NCBI RefSeq assembly: GCF_000981445.1
Contig: NC_027218.1
Location: 1,302,001-1,366,000 of the forward strand
Direction: 5' to 3'
Length of the DNA stretch: 64,000 nucleotides
Source: Babesia bigemina
Taxonomy: Eukaryota
This document shows, piece by piece, positions 13,342 to 24,865 of the stretch. Position 1 is the stretch's first letter, and the number at the start of each line of letters is the position of its first letter. The notes under the pieces were generated by a model. That model was given only the letters and a program-made list of their open reading frames with translations. It searched no databases and was not told the origin of the DNA. A program made the translations under genes and the position numbers.

Positions 13342-13941
13342 ATGAGCGTGCCTTCCTACCTGTTTCTTGCGGTGGCGTGTGTGTTGCTGTGTTCCGCGTG
13401 CCCCTTGCAAGCGCTGCGAACCAGATGCTGGCGCCGCTCGCCGCACTGCTGGACGTTCGTGGGCGCTCCGCATCAGCCGATGCCGCCCTGGCCTGCCGGC
13501 CGCGGCCCTGGCGAGTTGCGTGCCTCCAAAGTGGATGACATCCTGGCTGAGCTCAAGACCCTCACCCTGCTCGAGACGTCGGAGCTGGTGAAGAAGATCG
13601 AGGAGGCGTTCGGCGTCTCGGCCAGCATGGCTGTCAGCGCGGCTCCTGCCGCGGCAGGCGCCCCTGCGATGGCCACGGCGCCCGAGGACGAGGAGGACGA
13701 CGAAGACAAGCCGAAGAAGACGTCGTTCGAGGTCGTGCTGCTGGAACGCCCCGAGGAGCAGAGCGTGCGCATGGCGCTGTTCAGGATCCTGCGGAAGGTG
13801 CTGCCTGACCAGCCGCTGACGGAGGTGAAGGCCGTCATCGACAACGCGCCGACGACCCTGAAGGTGGTGAACAAGGAGGAGGACGCCAAGGAGGCCGTGA
13901 AGCTCATTGAGGGCGCTGGAGGCAAGGCCGAAATCCGATGA
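13342..13941 (+). CDS. rpl12: 50S ribosomal protein L7/L12, apicoplast-targeted
   Basis: Signal peptide MSVPSYLFLAVACVLLCSA followed by a basic transit region. SKVDDILAELKTLTLLETSELVKKIEEAFGVSA, an Ala hinge, and C-terminal EVKAVIDNAP...EGAGGKAEIR. Confidence 0.9.
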   Translation: MSVPSYLFLAVACVLLCSACPLQALRTRCWRRSPHCWTFVGAPHQPMPPWPAGRGPGELRASKVDDILAELKTLTLLETSELVKKIEEAFGVSASMAVSAAPAAAGAPAMATAPEDEEDDEDKPKKTSFEVVLLERPEEQSVRMALFRILRKVLPDQPLTEVKAVIDNAPTTLKVVNKEEDAKEAVKLIEGAGGKAEIR

Positions 13942-14404
13942 CCACGGAATACATTGCGGCTAATGCCGCGTGCCACTCGGCAGCGGGGTCACATGGGCGG
14001 TAGCTGAAGATGTAACGGTTGTAATATGAACTGCTGCTGTCGGTGGTGTCGGCGGATGTTGCACCTCCCTGCTGGCCGTTACACCATCCAACCGTCGTTA
14101 TGAGCAGATAGTAACGGCATGAAAGTATGGAAGGCTGGCTGCAACTCAACGCCACAACGGCTGACCACCATGTCTGCTCTGCTCGCCATCTACATTGTAT
14201 ACCCCAAGGCAACCGTGGACGGAATCCACCGCGCGGTCCACACAATTCATCGCTATGTACACTCATTAATGCAAGTACTACTACATCTGGTAAACTTTTG
14301 CATCACGATATCATCGACGTAAACATGTATATCGAGCGTATGACGCCTAGCATATTATTAGCGTTTTGCTTGACCGATACAGCGCCGCTGGAGGCTGCCG
14401 CCAG

Positions 14405-14662
14405 TTAGTTCAACACGGGCGCGTTCGCAGCCTGCTGCGCCTGCAGCATCTGGTGCTGCATCTCGAGAAGCTGGCACTCCTTGTCGTAGTGGAACATGAC
14501 CGGGCCGACGAGGGTCACAGCCGCCGTCCCCGCTATCCACAGCACCCAGCCGATGTACGATACCGTCTTCTTCGTGAACCTGACGACCGCCCGCTTCGCG
14601 GTGGCGAATCGCCTCTTGACTCTGACCAGGAAGGTCGGACTCTGCTGCGCGTCCGCTATCAT
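14405..14662 (-). CDS. tom22: Mitochondrial import receptor Tom22-like (an upstream exon may exist)
   Basis: Basic segment followed by GWVLWIAGTAAVTLVGPVMFHYDKECQLLEMQ, matching the Tom22 W-x-x-x-T...P-x-x-x-x-x-x-x-E TM signature and Q-rich IMS tail. Confidence 0.75.
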   Translation of the reverse strand: MIADAQQSPTFLVRVKRRFATAKRAVVRFTKKTVSYIGWVLWIAGTAAVTLVGPVMFHYDKECQLLEMQHQMLQAQQAANAPVLN

Positions 14663-15052
14663 CGTGGAGGCGCTCGGTCGAGTAGCGATACGGTGGCCCT
14701 GCTCGCTGCAGGCCGTGAAACAGGCGCGTTAATATATCCCGATGACGTGGCGAAGCTCCGCTCGATATGTGTATTGGAAGGTTTGTGCCCGGCGTCGCTC
14801 TGTCAGGTGTACCGCAGCACTGTAACGGATTTCACCATGGGGCTTCCGCGCGGGTCCTATCGCGTTTTTACAGCGGACTCTGGCTAGTCTACTGTATTGC
14901 GACCGCATAATACACGGCGGCGTATCGTTGCCGCCTGCAGTGGAGCTGTTACCGTGTCTACGCGGCGCAGCGTCCTTCCAGGTTCAGGGGCACCAGCTCC
15001 CGTATAGCTGGGCTTTCGCTCCGAAACGCAGTCGTATATACCGGGATACAGA

Positions 15053-15578
15053 ATGCCGAAGTTCTACTGCGAGTACTGCGGCATTTACTTGACGCACAGC
15101 TCCCCCGCTGGCCGCAAGCAGCACTCACTGGGCCGCAAGCACATCAGCATGAAGGTCGACTACTACCAGAGTGAGTGGATGCAAGCTATCGTGTCACTTT
15201 AATCAGAGCTTGTTCGGGAGCACTTCTTCCAGCCGCCTCCGTACACCCTCGCCGCCGCTCCCCCGACCGGTACGTTGTGACATGTAATTATGTGCAATGG
15301 AATGTGCAGGCTTTCCACCTGTGGTGCCTGGTGGAGTGCCCGGCGGAGTCCCTGCGCCGATGCCAGGCCACATCGGTGCTCCCATGATGCCTCCAGCAGG
15401 CGCTGAAATCCCAGTCAGGCCACCTCAGCTTGGCTTCAGCCCTGATGTGCCGCCCCCGGTTGGCATGATTCCCCCGGCGCCGCACATGCCCGGACCCATG
15501 CCGCACCCTCCTCCACCGTTCGTGCCGCCAATGGGCGCTCCCATGATGGCCCCGGCGCCTCCTTACGGCATGCGGTGA
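15053..15578 (+). CDS. SNRPC: U1 snRNP protein C (3 exons)
   Basis: [30 protein letters not shown] matrin-type zinc finger and a Pro/Met/Gly-rich tail. Introns near 15171 and 15270. Confidence 0.93.
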
Positions 15579-16459
15579 AACGGCCCCTCATGACGTGAGG
15601 CAACGAAGGAGGGAGGTGTTCAAGACGAGTACGGCGCCATACATGCTCGGGGCATTATTGGAGTCAGAAAGAGACTGTGAACTTGGTTCAATGATCGCAT
15701 TTGTAATGTATGTTAGCGTAATGATTCTAAGCATGCTGCTGCAATCTGAACAAGTTGTTCCGTCTTCTACTGTGGAGCTTTGTTAATCGCAGTTTAATCG
15801 ATGCAAAGTGTCAAACCCGAAGTTGCGATGCGCCTACAGACCCGCAGAAATGCGGGCAGCCACCAGTGCCCTGGTGTGTTGGGATTCCGATTGAGATTCT
15901 ACAAACTGTGCATGATTCTTGGCTTTAGACAATTCAAGTTCGTGAAAATAAGCAATAATGTGTAGACTTATCGGCATGTAACCGTGTGGCTGTTTTTGCT
16001 AACTGCCTTTTTCGTGCGGATGTGCCTGTTCGATGCATACACACTGCCTCCGGGCGTAGCTCGTTTTAGGCTCCCCCAAAGCGCCAACATAATACCAGTC
16101 TACACATACACACTGCTCAACTCAACACCTAATGTGCCAAGGTGATTACGGCACATCGCGGAAGTGCTCCGCACGATCCGCCTCAGCGACTCATGGCGCC
16201 CCTTACCGACAGGCTTGCCCATCCACCTTTGGCACTTGTGGAACGCGTAGATACTGTTGCCTGCGTTATTGTGCAGATGTGTAACCAAAATAATGATACA
16301 ACCGCCTTTTAGCGTGCTCTGCGACTCGTAGACACTCTTGGCGGCGGCGCGGCCAAAACTGCTACGGGGCGTTATTGCCCTGCCGGTTTCTGTTTTTTTC
16401 ACAGCCACCCCTCTTTTGCGTTGCGCGAGCAGTTGCGGAATATAGGTCTTACGGGCGCG

Positions 16460-17580
16460 ATGGACGGCGAGGGCAACGCCGAGCCGGAGTACTACTTCGA
16501 CGTGGCGGAGCAGCAGTGGTGGGTGCTACAGCCGGGCGGTGCCGATTGGGAGGAGCTGGATAATGAGACGGCAGAATCACTGGGTCTGCACGAGGCCGTA
16601 ATGCAGCAGCAGTGTACCTTTGTGGAGTCGACACTCGAAGACTACACGGCGGCGGCGACATGCATCGGAGAGGCGCAAGGCACCGACGAGCCAGCGGTTG
16701 ACCACACGCAGTCACTGCTACTCGACCCGGTATCGATGCCATCAATTCAGTTCGGGGTCGATTCGCGCGCTGACTCTCTCCACAAAGCCGACTCCTCGGA
16801 GTGGCTGTCGTCCTGTCTGGATGACGAGAAACCGGAGCGCCATGAGAACCTGCAGGTCCGTTTCAGCCAGCACACTCAGGCATTGAGCCGCGGTTACACA
16901 ACGGGATCGATGGGTGAGGCGGGCTCGGGGAGCGATTGCGACAACCGCGTGAGCCACGGCACAGCGAGCAGCGCCCTCCTCAACGATCGGCTGAGCTCGC
17001 TGCTGACGAGCACTGCCAACATGTCGCTGCATCCACGACCTGAGTCGGGCGGGGTGCCTGCCAGGGGAGAGTCGTATGTGCGAAGCGCCGTTCGCCGTGC
17101 AACGCGGGTGGACGCCGGCCTCAGTGATTGCATCCGCGCGGTGGCTGCTGAGCGGGAACGCATGCGAACTTTGAGTAAGTCGACATTCGAATCTGCTCAT
17201 GGTCGTCAGCGTCCACCCAGGTGACAGAGGCGACGCCTGGTGAGCGTTACCAGAAGATGATCGACCGGGCGCGTACCCTGGCCATGTTTTCGCAGGAACA
17301 GGAGCCGGAGCAGGAACAGCCGCAGGAAAAGGCGCCAGATGAACACAGAGAGTCCATGTTGCGCGAGCTCCGCCTGGAAGGTTGGTCCACGTGTCAGTGT
17401 GTGTCTACACGTCATGCAGTCACTGGCGGGGAGCCCACAGCGGACCCCGCATTCGGCGCGTCTTCCGACTCTGAAAGCGAGCCCAAATTGGCACCATATG
17501 ACTCGCTGCAAAGTCTCATGTCGCAAAGGCTTTCACTGCGTCGTACCATGAGTCGCCCCGTAGGTGGCTCCTCGGGGTAG
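16460..17580 (+). CDS. Hypothetical protein (2-3 exons) with an aromatic N-terminal module
   Basis: ATG at 16460 (MDGEGNAEPEYYFDVAEQQWW), followed by a low-complexity acidic/Ser-rich body. Intron GTAAG(17176)...CAG(17220) joins the 17221 ORF. Confidence 0.6.
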
Positions 17581-17839
17581 CGGCAGCTTTTGTGGTGTGT
17601 ATGCGCACAGCAGCGTAAGAAGGTTTGTCAGCGCAGTTTGTATTTGTATTTTGTTGCTAAAAATCCGTTGTGTGTGGGCGAGGCGCACAAGTGAAAGCGC
17701 GTACTGGAAGAGCGTTACGCAGTGCTGCTCGACCTTATGTGTACTCGTTTTTTGGCTGCGCCTCCGACCATTTGTGTCTGAGCACAATTTGCGTATTTTA
17801 TTGGTGTTACTTTGACCACCGTGTGTAAATTTGTTGAAA

Positions 17840-19192
17840 ATGTCTCGACCGCGGCGTCGCGAACTGGGCCTGTCTACTCGGGAGTACGAGGAAGGTGTGG
17901 TTCTGGAGCGTATGTTCCAGCTGCTGAAGCGCAATCGCTGTGCGACCTGCTTGGTTCGGGTTGGTCCAAATACGCGTTTTAGTGTCAATTGTGTGCAGAA
18001 ACCGACCCATGTCGACCCGGATCGCGACGAGCTCCTCTGCGCCAGCTGCGTTAGGCGCTGCCCGTACGCAGCTAAAGTAGGCGATGATCACATACCGATG
18101 GCTGTCGTTGAGCGGCTGGAGGCGGCTTACTCGCGCTCCTCACGCGGCAAAAACGACACTGAGTCGAAGTCGGAAAAGAAGAAGCACAGTTCGCATCGCC
18201 GGAAGCGTTCGCCGTCTCCAAGACGCACATACGCATCTCCCTCCGTTTCCGTCGAGCGGCCCAAGTATTCTCACCACAGGAAGCAGTGGAACTCATCAGC
18301 CAGCGTTTCTACTGAAGGTAGCGTGTATGACCGAACGCCGACACGCTCTAAGCACCGCTCCTCGCACCGAGGCCGACATGCCTCGGTCTCGTCGGGCTCG
18401 GTGACCCCCCGCGGGGTTTCTTCAGCGAGGCGTGTCGAAGACGACTTGTTTGTCGGTGCTCCCAGCGGTTGGGACGACTTCGACAGTCGTCCTGCGCGGA
18501 TGCCCGGTCGCAAGAGCTACGACCACCCTCCTGCCGAGCCCCGCCGCATCGAAGAAGCCCGGCATGCATCATCTCGGCATCACAACCCCGCAGCGCGTGC
18601 GCCAGACATGCGTGCGCCGCGCCCACAGGTGGACCCGTATGGCTACGAGCTGCCTGTGACGGACGACATGCCGGGGATGATGGGCATTATGGCGAATCGG
18701 TCAACCGCGCGTGACGTGGGCCGGATGATGCGCCCCGCGGATGATCACTTCAACAGGCCGCGTGAAATCGTGGACCGACCCGAGTACTACGGCGAGGCTT
18801 ACGATGCGCGATACATGCCGCATCGTACGTCGCGGCCCGAGTACGACGGCGGTGAAGGCGATCGCAAACCACCGATGGATTACGGCATGCACGCCAACCC
18901 CTACGCTCCCAGGAACAAGGCTTATAACGGGGCGAACTACGACTACAACCCGCCGAGGAACGACTACGCCGCGCCCCCGCCCAGGCCCGTTGGCAGTAAC
19001 CCTTTCGCACAGGGCGCCAACGGCGGAGCTGATCGCTTCGATATGTCGAGCCTTCGTTTGGCGCTTGCGCCGTCAGCGCCCAACCCTGCACGCGAACCGC
19101 GCGCGACTAACGGCCGTTTCGATGCTGTACCACCGCAACCCTCTGGTGTTGCTGTCTACGGCGGCCTGTACGGCCGACGCACTCGCCGGTAG
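17840..19192 (+). CDS. ArfGAP-like zinc finger protein with a disordered S/R/P-rich tail and NPF motif
   Basis: Removing the in-frame 39-nt intron 17960-17998 gives CATC-x16-CASC, the ArfGAP spacing. GSNPF and NPY occur in the tail. Confidence 0.7.
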   Translation: MSRPRRRELGLSTREYEEGVVLERMFQLLKRNRCATCLVRVGPNTRFSVNCVQKPTHVDPDRDELLCASCVRRCPYAAKVGDDHIPMAVVERLEAAYSRSSRGKNDTESKSEKKKHSSHRRKRSPSPRRTYASPSVSVERPKYSHHRKQWNSSASVSTEGSVYDRTPTRSKHRSSHRGRHASVSSGSVTPRGVSSARRVEDDLFVGAPSGWDDFDSRPARMPGRKSYDHPPAEPRRIEEARHASSRHHNPAARAPDMRAPRPQVDPYGYELPVTDDMPGMMGIMANRSTARDVGRMMRPADDHFNRPREIVDRPEYYGEAYDARYMPHRTSRPEYDGGEGDRKPPMDYGMHANPYAPRNKAYNGANYDYNPPRNDYAAPPPRPVGSNPFAQGANGGADRFDMSSLRLALAPSAPNPAREPRATNGRFDAVPPQPSGVAVYGGLYGRRTRR

Positions 19193-19249
19193 TGGTGTCT
19201 ACCGCTACACATCCACCCGACCGTAGTTAAGATTTAGTTATTATTATAA

Positions 19250-21640
19250 ATGGCTGTGTGCGACGTGTCGTTGGTGCTCGGCGCAAGCGGCTTTGCGTGC
19301 CCGAGCCAGTGCCCGTACTGGTCGCAGAGCGCGGTGTGGAAGGGCGTCGGCGTCTGCACGACTGCGGAGCGCTGCAGTGTGTACAACCCTAGGCTGACGT
19401 ATGCCGACCCCGTCAGCCGCGTGTGTCTGCCCTGCGATGTCTACGGGTGTGCGACGTGCGCCTACTCCCAAGCCACGTCGGCGGCGCCCGTTTTCCGCCT
19501 AAACAATGCTGCTGGCAGCGCTACTCTCGCGGGTAGTCAGCCGGATTCCGGCGTCGCGCTCCCAGATGTGTGTCTCGAGTGCGCCCCGGGCTATCGCATG
19601 GCTGACGAGGGCCGCAGCTGCTACCTGGTGAAGAGCTCCATCTGGTCCCGGTCGTTCTACACCATGGTGGCAGGCATCACTATCGCATTAGCCGCGCTGT
19701 GCGTCCGTTTGCTGGTGCGGCCGTCCCTGTTCCGCGCCAACCTGGACCGCTATCGCCAGGAGTTGGGGTCGCATCGGGGAGGTCACGGGAGCTCGAAGTT
19801 GGGTCGAGGCATCATCGGCGCCATGCTGGCGCTTATGAACGAGGACATTGCTGGCATCGGGGTAATGCTGTACTTCCGATTCCTGGCGTTTGTGCTGGGC
19901 ACGACGCTGGTCCTGCTTCTGCTGAGCGTGGCCCACGCCCACATCCCGTGCTCCGACATGATCCGGTCGTTGGGAGAAGCCTTCTCCCTCGACCGGCCCG
20001 ACGACGTGCTCGTTGACCCCTCTTGGCTGAGCTGGCTAGGTTTTCGGCGGGCGCCTGGATGGCGCCAGCACCTGCTGAACTTCAGGATCGTCGACGACGC
20101 CATCACCTGGAGCGTCTCCCAGTACGTAGAGGACAACGTCCGTACCATGCACGTGTTGTACGTGGCGGTGATGGGAATTACTCTCGCATTCGCGTGGTCG
20201 CAGCACAAGTTCATCAGGGAGTACTTCAAGCGCAACCCCCGCGTGCAGAGCTTCACGCTGGTCCTGGAGCGGGTGCCGCCCTTCCACACGCTGGAGGACT
20301 TCGTCGAGAACGCCAGCGGCGTGCGCCCGAAGTCGGTGACCGTGGCGTACGACATCGAAAAAGCGTCCGAAGGCCTGCGGGAATTCCTGGACCTGCAAGA
20401 CGACGAGGCAAGCACCGGAGTGTACGTCAACCTCGACATGGCACTCGAGCACAGGCGCGTCCTCGAGTCCCTGGAGCCCAGCGGCACCGCCTACGCCGTG
20501 TTCCACACTCGCATGGAGATGCGGAAAGCGTTGATCTCGCTGAACAGGAGCGGCATCTGCAACGCCCGCTTGTGCGATGTGGAGCCCGAGGATGTCGACT
20601 GGTATAACATCTTCGAGGGCGACGGCCTCCTAAGGCGCGCAGCTGAGATGACGGCTGCGGTATGCGCCACCCAGCTGTTCTGGACGTTGGTTTTCTTCAT
20701 GCCGTACGCCGCTTACAAGCTGCACGCGGGCTCCACCGATCTGTTCGAGGCGCTGTGGTTGTACATGTTTACCGGAGTGGGTAACGGGCTGGTCGCCGCC
20801 TCCATCCGCAAGGCAACCGAGAAGGTGCAGTTCGCTAGTGTGCAGTCCGCGGAGAGCTACAACATGTGGTTGAGCACGTTGGCGGAGCTGCTCAACGTCG
20901 GGCTCAACGTGTTGCTCGCCCACTTCAATAACTACGGAGGGCACTACAAGGTGCTCTCCATGGTCAAGGACTTCGCGCTGTACAAGCGCACGGCGACGTT
21001 CAGCGTCGGTGAGGAGGTGTCGATAACGCAGAGCCTGAGTACCTACATGGTAAACGTGATACTGCTGGTCCCGGCGATGGCGTTCGTGTTGGTGCGCTAC
21101 GGCACGCCGCTGATGGGCGCGCTCTACGTGCTTGCAGCGGATTTGGACGGCCGCGTATCGCACCTGTTACGGCCGGCACCGTTTGAGCTCAACGGCCGGT
21201 ACGGCAGCGCGGTTGTCAACTTCACGTTCTCCCTGCTGCTGCAGTATGTGATACGGAGCAGGATGCAGTCCTTCATAATCGCATTTGCGCTGCTGGCTTC
21301 GTACGCTGTGCACTACGTCATCGACGCGTACGTGCTGATAAACAAGGCGGAGCCCTCTCGCTTGACCGGCACAACGGCGTTTCGCAACGCGCTGATGATG
21401 TGGGCAGTACCTACCGGAATCCTGGCCGCGTGCCCGTCGTACTGGCGCTGGCGTGGCATGGACGGGTATCTGGCGACAAGTTTTGTGATTTTTGGGTTGC
21501 ACGTGTTCTTCTACTGCACGTTCATCTACTTCATCTGCAGGCCACGCGACCACTTGGAGGGAGCCGAGGACAACACTTCGCCATCGGACTATAGTATCCA
21601 CAACCCCGTGTACAAGTTGCGGCGACTTGCGGGAATTTAA
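19250..21640 (+). CDS. OSCA/TMEM63 (CSC1)-like multipass membrane protein with a Cys-rich N-terminal domain
   Basis: Single 796-aa ORF with about 10-11 hydrophobic segments. Family-like motifs GIGVMLYFRFL, FTLVLERVP, GTAYAVF and EPEDVDWYNI. Confidence 0.7.
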   Translation: MAVCDVSLVLGASGFACPSQCPYWSQSAVWKGVGVCTTAERCSVYNPRLTYADPVSRVCLPCDVYGCATCAYSQATSAAPVFRLNNAAGSATLAGSQPDSGVALPDVCLECAPGYRMADEGRSCYLVKSSIWSRSFYTMVAGITIALAALCVRLLVRPSLFRANLDRYRQELGSHRGGHGSSKLGRGIIGAMLALMNEDIAGIGVMLYFRFLAFVLGTTLVLLLLSVAHAHIPCSDMIRSLGEAFSLDRPDDVLVDPSWLSWLGFRRAPGWRQHLLNFRIVDDAITWSVSQYVEDNVRTMHVLYVAVMGITLAFAWSQHKFIREYFKRNPRVQSFTLVLERVPPFHTLEDFVENASGVRPKSVTVAYDIEKASEGLREFLDLQDDEASTGVYVNLDMALEHRRVLESLEPSGTAYAVFHTRMEMRKALISLNRSGICNARLCDVEPEDVDWYNIFEGDGLLRRAAEMTAAVCATQLFWTLVFFMPYAAYKLHAGSTDLFEALWLYMFTGVGNGLVAASIRKATEKVQFASVQSAESYNMWLSTLAELLNVGLNVLLAHFNNYGGHYKVLSMVKDFALYKRTATFSVGEEVSITQSLSTYMVNVILLVPAMAFVLVRYGTPLMGALYVLAADLDGRVSHLLRPAPFELNGRYGSAVVNFTFSLLLQYVIRSRMQSFIIAFALLASYAVHYVIDAYVLINKAEPSRLTGTTAFRNALMMWAVPTGILAACPSYWRWRGMDGYLATSFVIFGLHVFFYCTFIYFICRPRDHLEGAEDNTSPSDYSIHNPVYKLRRLAGI

Positions 21641-21999
21641 AAGATCCTTGCTGGGGAGAATGTTGTATCGGTAACACGCCCTAAGTGGAGCGGTTGCACT
21701 CCGTGAAACCAAACGGGTTTTGTAGCTTCCCATGTGTGCTGGGATTTTGTATGTTAAGCAGCTTTGCGGCAACATTTGTTATAAGACTAAGTGTTCTGAA
21801 ACAATCGCTGCATGAAAACACCCTGCGCATCGCAGAGTACGTTGTCTATGTCTTAGCTGTTAGTATGTCCTTGTTTTGATGCTTACGTCGGGATGATGTG
21901 CCATTGCACCCGGAATTATGTTATAATGATGTTGGAATGTCTCGATTGATCAGCTGGATTGCCCACTTACGCAGCTGCCACTACTGTCAAAGTGGACGA

Positions 22000-23130
22000 T
22001 CAGAAGCCACCCTGAGATTGCCTATCACGGTGTTGCTTCATCAGATTTAGCATTTCATTTTGAGCCGGCGCGCTGAACTCGTCAAACCGCTTTACCGACT
22101 CGATTTGGGTGACGTCTATTTTGGGGTGCCCCTCCACGAGGCTATCCCACCAACGTTCCTCCGTTTTATCCAGCGAAATCACGAGCATGCGCTTATCCTC
22201 GATGCTCCAGGTCGCCTCAGCTGCATTGACGGGTTGCGGCAGCTTCCCCGAGAAGATATGCTTGCCCCAGAGGTTGAGCTGGATGTGGTCCCGCGTGACC
22301 CTCAAATCAACGTCTTTGGCAGCAAGAAATTCGCTCGTGACTACTTCGATGGTGACGTCGGTGAACGTCTGGTTCCAGCAATAGACATTTGTTTTACCGC
22401 CATTGAACGGTGACAGCGTAAAGTCAGTGCGTAACCGTTCCAGCGCATATGGATCTACTCCACTCACTTGCGGCAGCATAGGCCCATTAGCTGCACCTTT
22501 CTGATTCTCGATCATACCCTTATTGGGCACAGGAGCCTCAGCTTGGTTTGCATATCGGCTGGAGTCATTGCGTACCACGGTATTTTCACCTCCTTGATAT
22601 GAGCCACCATTAACCGTACTGGGATTCTTAGACATGCCTATTGATAAGCTTGAATCATAAAAGGCCGTTCCCTGTCCTGTTTTTACCGGTAATTCACTGG
22701 AGACTGTGCTGGAGCCGGTGGCATGTTTCTCAACGCTGTATTTGGCGGTTTCTCTTGGTAGAAATTGCCCTGGGACATAAGGTGTCTTAGCAAATTCCTC
22801 ATCGATTGGAGCGGAACGGTGATTGGTCGTTCGCGTTCGAGTTGGTGTACGTTCCACGGGGATCCCAAGCAGATAGGGTTGGTATCTTTCCCGGTACAAT
22901 CGCAGATTTTTATCAAATATCCGCGCAATCATGCTTCTCACGTGATCAGGCTTAAATCCGCGATTGTTGACGGAGCGGTCGAGGCCGAATTTGGCGATGT
23001 CACCGTCCGACAGCTGGGTGTGGTAAAAGTCCGTCTGTGTGCAAAGGAATCCGAAAAACGCCTCCAGCAGCTGCTCTATGTTACCAAAGCTGCGCGCAGC
23101 AGCGTGCATCATGTCGTTGAACCTATTCAT
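22000..23130 (-). CDS. nudC: NudC-family protein
   Basis: N-terminal RFNDMM...[19 protein letters not shown] and CS domain [19 protein letters not shown]...[18 protein letters not shown]. Confidence 0.9.
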   Translation of the reverse strand: MNRFNDMMHAAARSFGNIEQLLEAFFGFLCTQTDFYHTQLSDGDIAKFGLDRSVNNRGFKPDHVRSMIARIFDKNLRLYRERYQPYLLGIPVERTPTRTRTTNHRSAPIDEEFAKTPYVPGQFLPRETAKYSVEKHATGSSTVSSELPVKTGQGTAFYDSSLSIGMSKNPSTVNGGSYQGGENTVVRNDSSRYANQAEAPVPNKGMIENQKGAANGPMLPQVSGVDPYALERLRTDFTLSPFNGGKTNVYCWNQTFTDVTIEVVTSEFLAAKDVDLRVTRDHIQLNLWGKHIFSGKLPQPVNAAEATWSIEDKRMLVISLDKTEERWWDSLVEGHPKIDVTQIESVKRFDEFSAPAQNEMLNLMKQHRDRQSQGGF

Positions 23131-23661
23131 TGTTTTCAATCTGCGTTTCCGCTGCCTCTATGCTTTCCAGTACCGCCTCCTTGACCTTCCGGATGTACTC
23201 GGCACGATGCTCGGTGTACAGTACGGCCGCCTCCTTGTTCGCCGGACTTCGGTTATTAGGGTCGGTGAGAAGCGACTGTATCGAAGTTAGTATCCCGCAT
23301 ATGTCGAAGACTGGGCTCCACTCCCTGTCCAGGATGTCCAGACAGATGCTGCCGTCCTGGTAGATGTTCGGGTGGTATATTCGCGTTGTGAACTTGACAG
23401 TCGGCGGTTTGTGTGGGTAATCGGTCGGAAACTTCAACGAGAGTGTGAATATGCCTGCGAGGGTAATATAAAAGGAATCACGCTATACCGCTTACCCCCT
23501 TCCCACTCGGTGTCGACCGGTCCCAGAATCACCGCCTGCCAGTTGAACAGGTCTCCGTCAGTCGGGCTGGCGCAGACTGACTCTGGGAGCTCTTGTTGCA
23601 GTTTCCGCAAGTCAAGCAGCAACCTTCTGCGCTGCGCGTATGTGAGCGCGTGTCTACACAT
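23123..23661 (-). CDS. Ubiquitin-conjugating enzyme E2, Rad6/Ubc2-like (intron 23455-23495)
   Basis: [32 protein letters not shown], and [15 protein letters not shown] containing the catalytic Cys, then WSP and SPAN. Start is either 23661 or 23691. Confidence 0.92.
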
Positions 23662-23832
23662 CACTGCCGCGAAACAGCGGCATTTTGACAAGCATTCACC
23701 GTTATTAACCTACCGCCTCGATACACATGTGTTCCAGTTTTGTAGGGAAAAAATGTTTGTGGTAGTGGTGCAGTATCTTCGATGTTGTGAGGCCGCGCGA
23801 CGACCTTATGCTGTCCACACTCGGCAGGTACA

Positions 23833-24865
23833 ATGGCCGACCCGTCTGCGGAGGACGATCGAAAAGTGCTCGTCAAGGAGTTCCTGGATCTTGACGAGCT
23901 CAAGGAGCGGGAGGCGAAGTCACGCGCTGTTGTACTTGAGATCCTCGGTGACATCCCCGACGCCGACGTCGCGCCTCCGAAGAATGTGCTCTTTGTGTGC
24001 AAGTTGAACCCAGTCACCGAGCAGGATGACTTAAAGCTTATATTTTCGCGGTTAGTGTCGTGTGTTCCGATCCCATATGTTCGCAGATTCGGCCCCGTGC
24101 GGAGCTGCGATGTTATCCGTGACTACAAGACCGGCGACTCGCTGCAGTACGCCTTCGTGGAGTTTGAGACCGAAGAGGCGTGCAACGACGCGTACTTCAA
24201 GATGCAAAATGTGCTAGTAGACGACCGGAGGTACGTGTATTACGCGGTTGATTGTAGCATGCATTCTCAGGATCCACGTCGATTTCTGCCAGTCAGTGTC
24301 TGGCTTCTGGAAACGTTTCAAAGAGAACGGCACATTCACACGCGAAGTTAAGGGCGGTCCTAGTCAAGCGGAAACCACTAGGCAAGGACAGTGGCGACGA
24401 GACTACGACCGGTACCGCCGTCAGCGAGGCCCCGTCCGTGACGTACGTCGCCAAGAATATCGCAATCGAGGTGTATCGAGGAGGTCTCGTTCACGGAGTA
24501 GATCCATAGATTACCGCTACCGTGGTGGTGTTTCCAATCGCCGATACAGGAGCAGGGAGAGATATGGATATCGAAGCCATGGCCGAGATCGACCAGTGTA
24601 CCGTCGGCGCCGCAGCTACAGTAGCAGATCAAGCAGTACTTTGCCCAGCATTGCAAGTGACAGATCTAGTCTGCGTCGTCGAGGGGACTCTAGGCATATC
24701 TCTAGGGACCGATCACAAGACAGCTACAGGAATCGTCATAGCCAGAGATATCGTGACAGGCCACAACGCTCTCCACATCGACGGGACCGCATCAGTGATA
24801 TTTCACGAAGCAACTCATCGAACAGCACCTCAAGTCGCCGTAGGCCCTATGGGAGCGGCGAATAA
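23833..24865 (+). CDS. PPIL4/CYP59-type RRM protein with RS-rich tail (3 exons)
   Basis: [31 protein letters not shown]...[17 protein letters not shown]...[20 protein letters not shown] is the PPIL4 RRM region, followed by an RS/RD tail. Confidence 0.85.
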
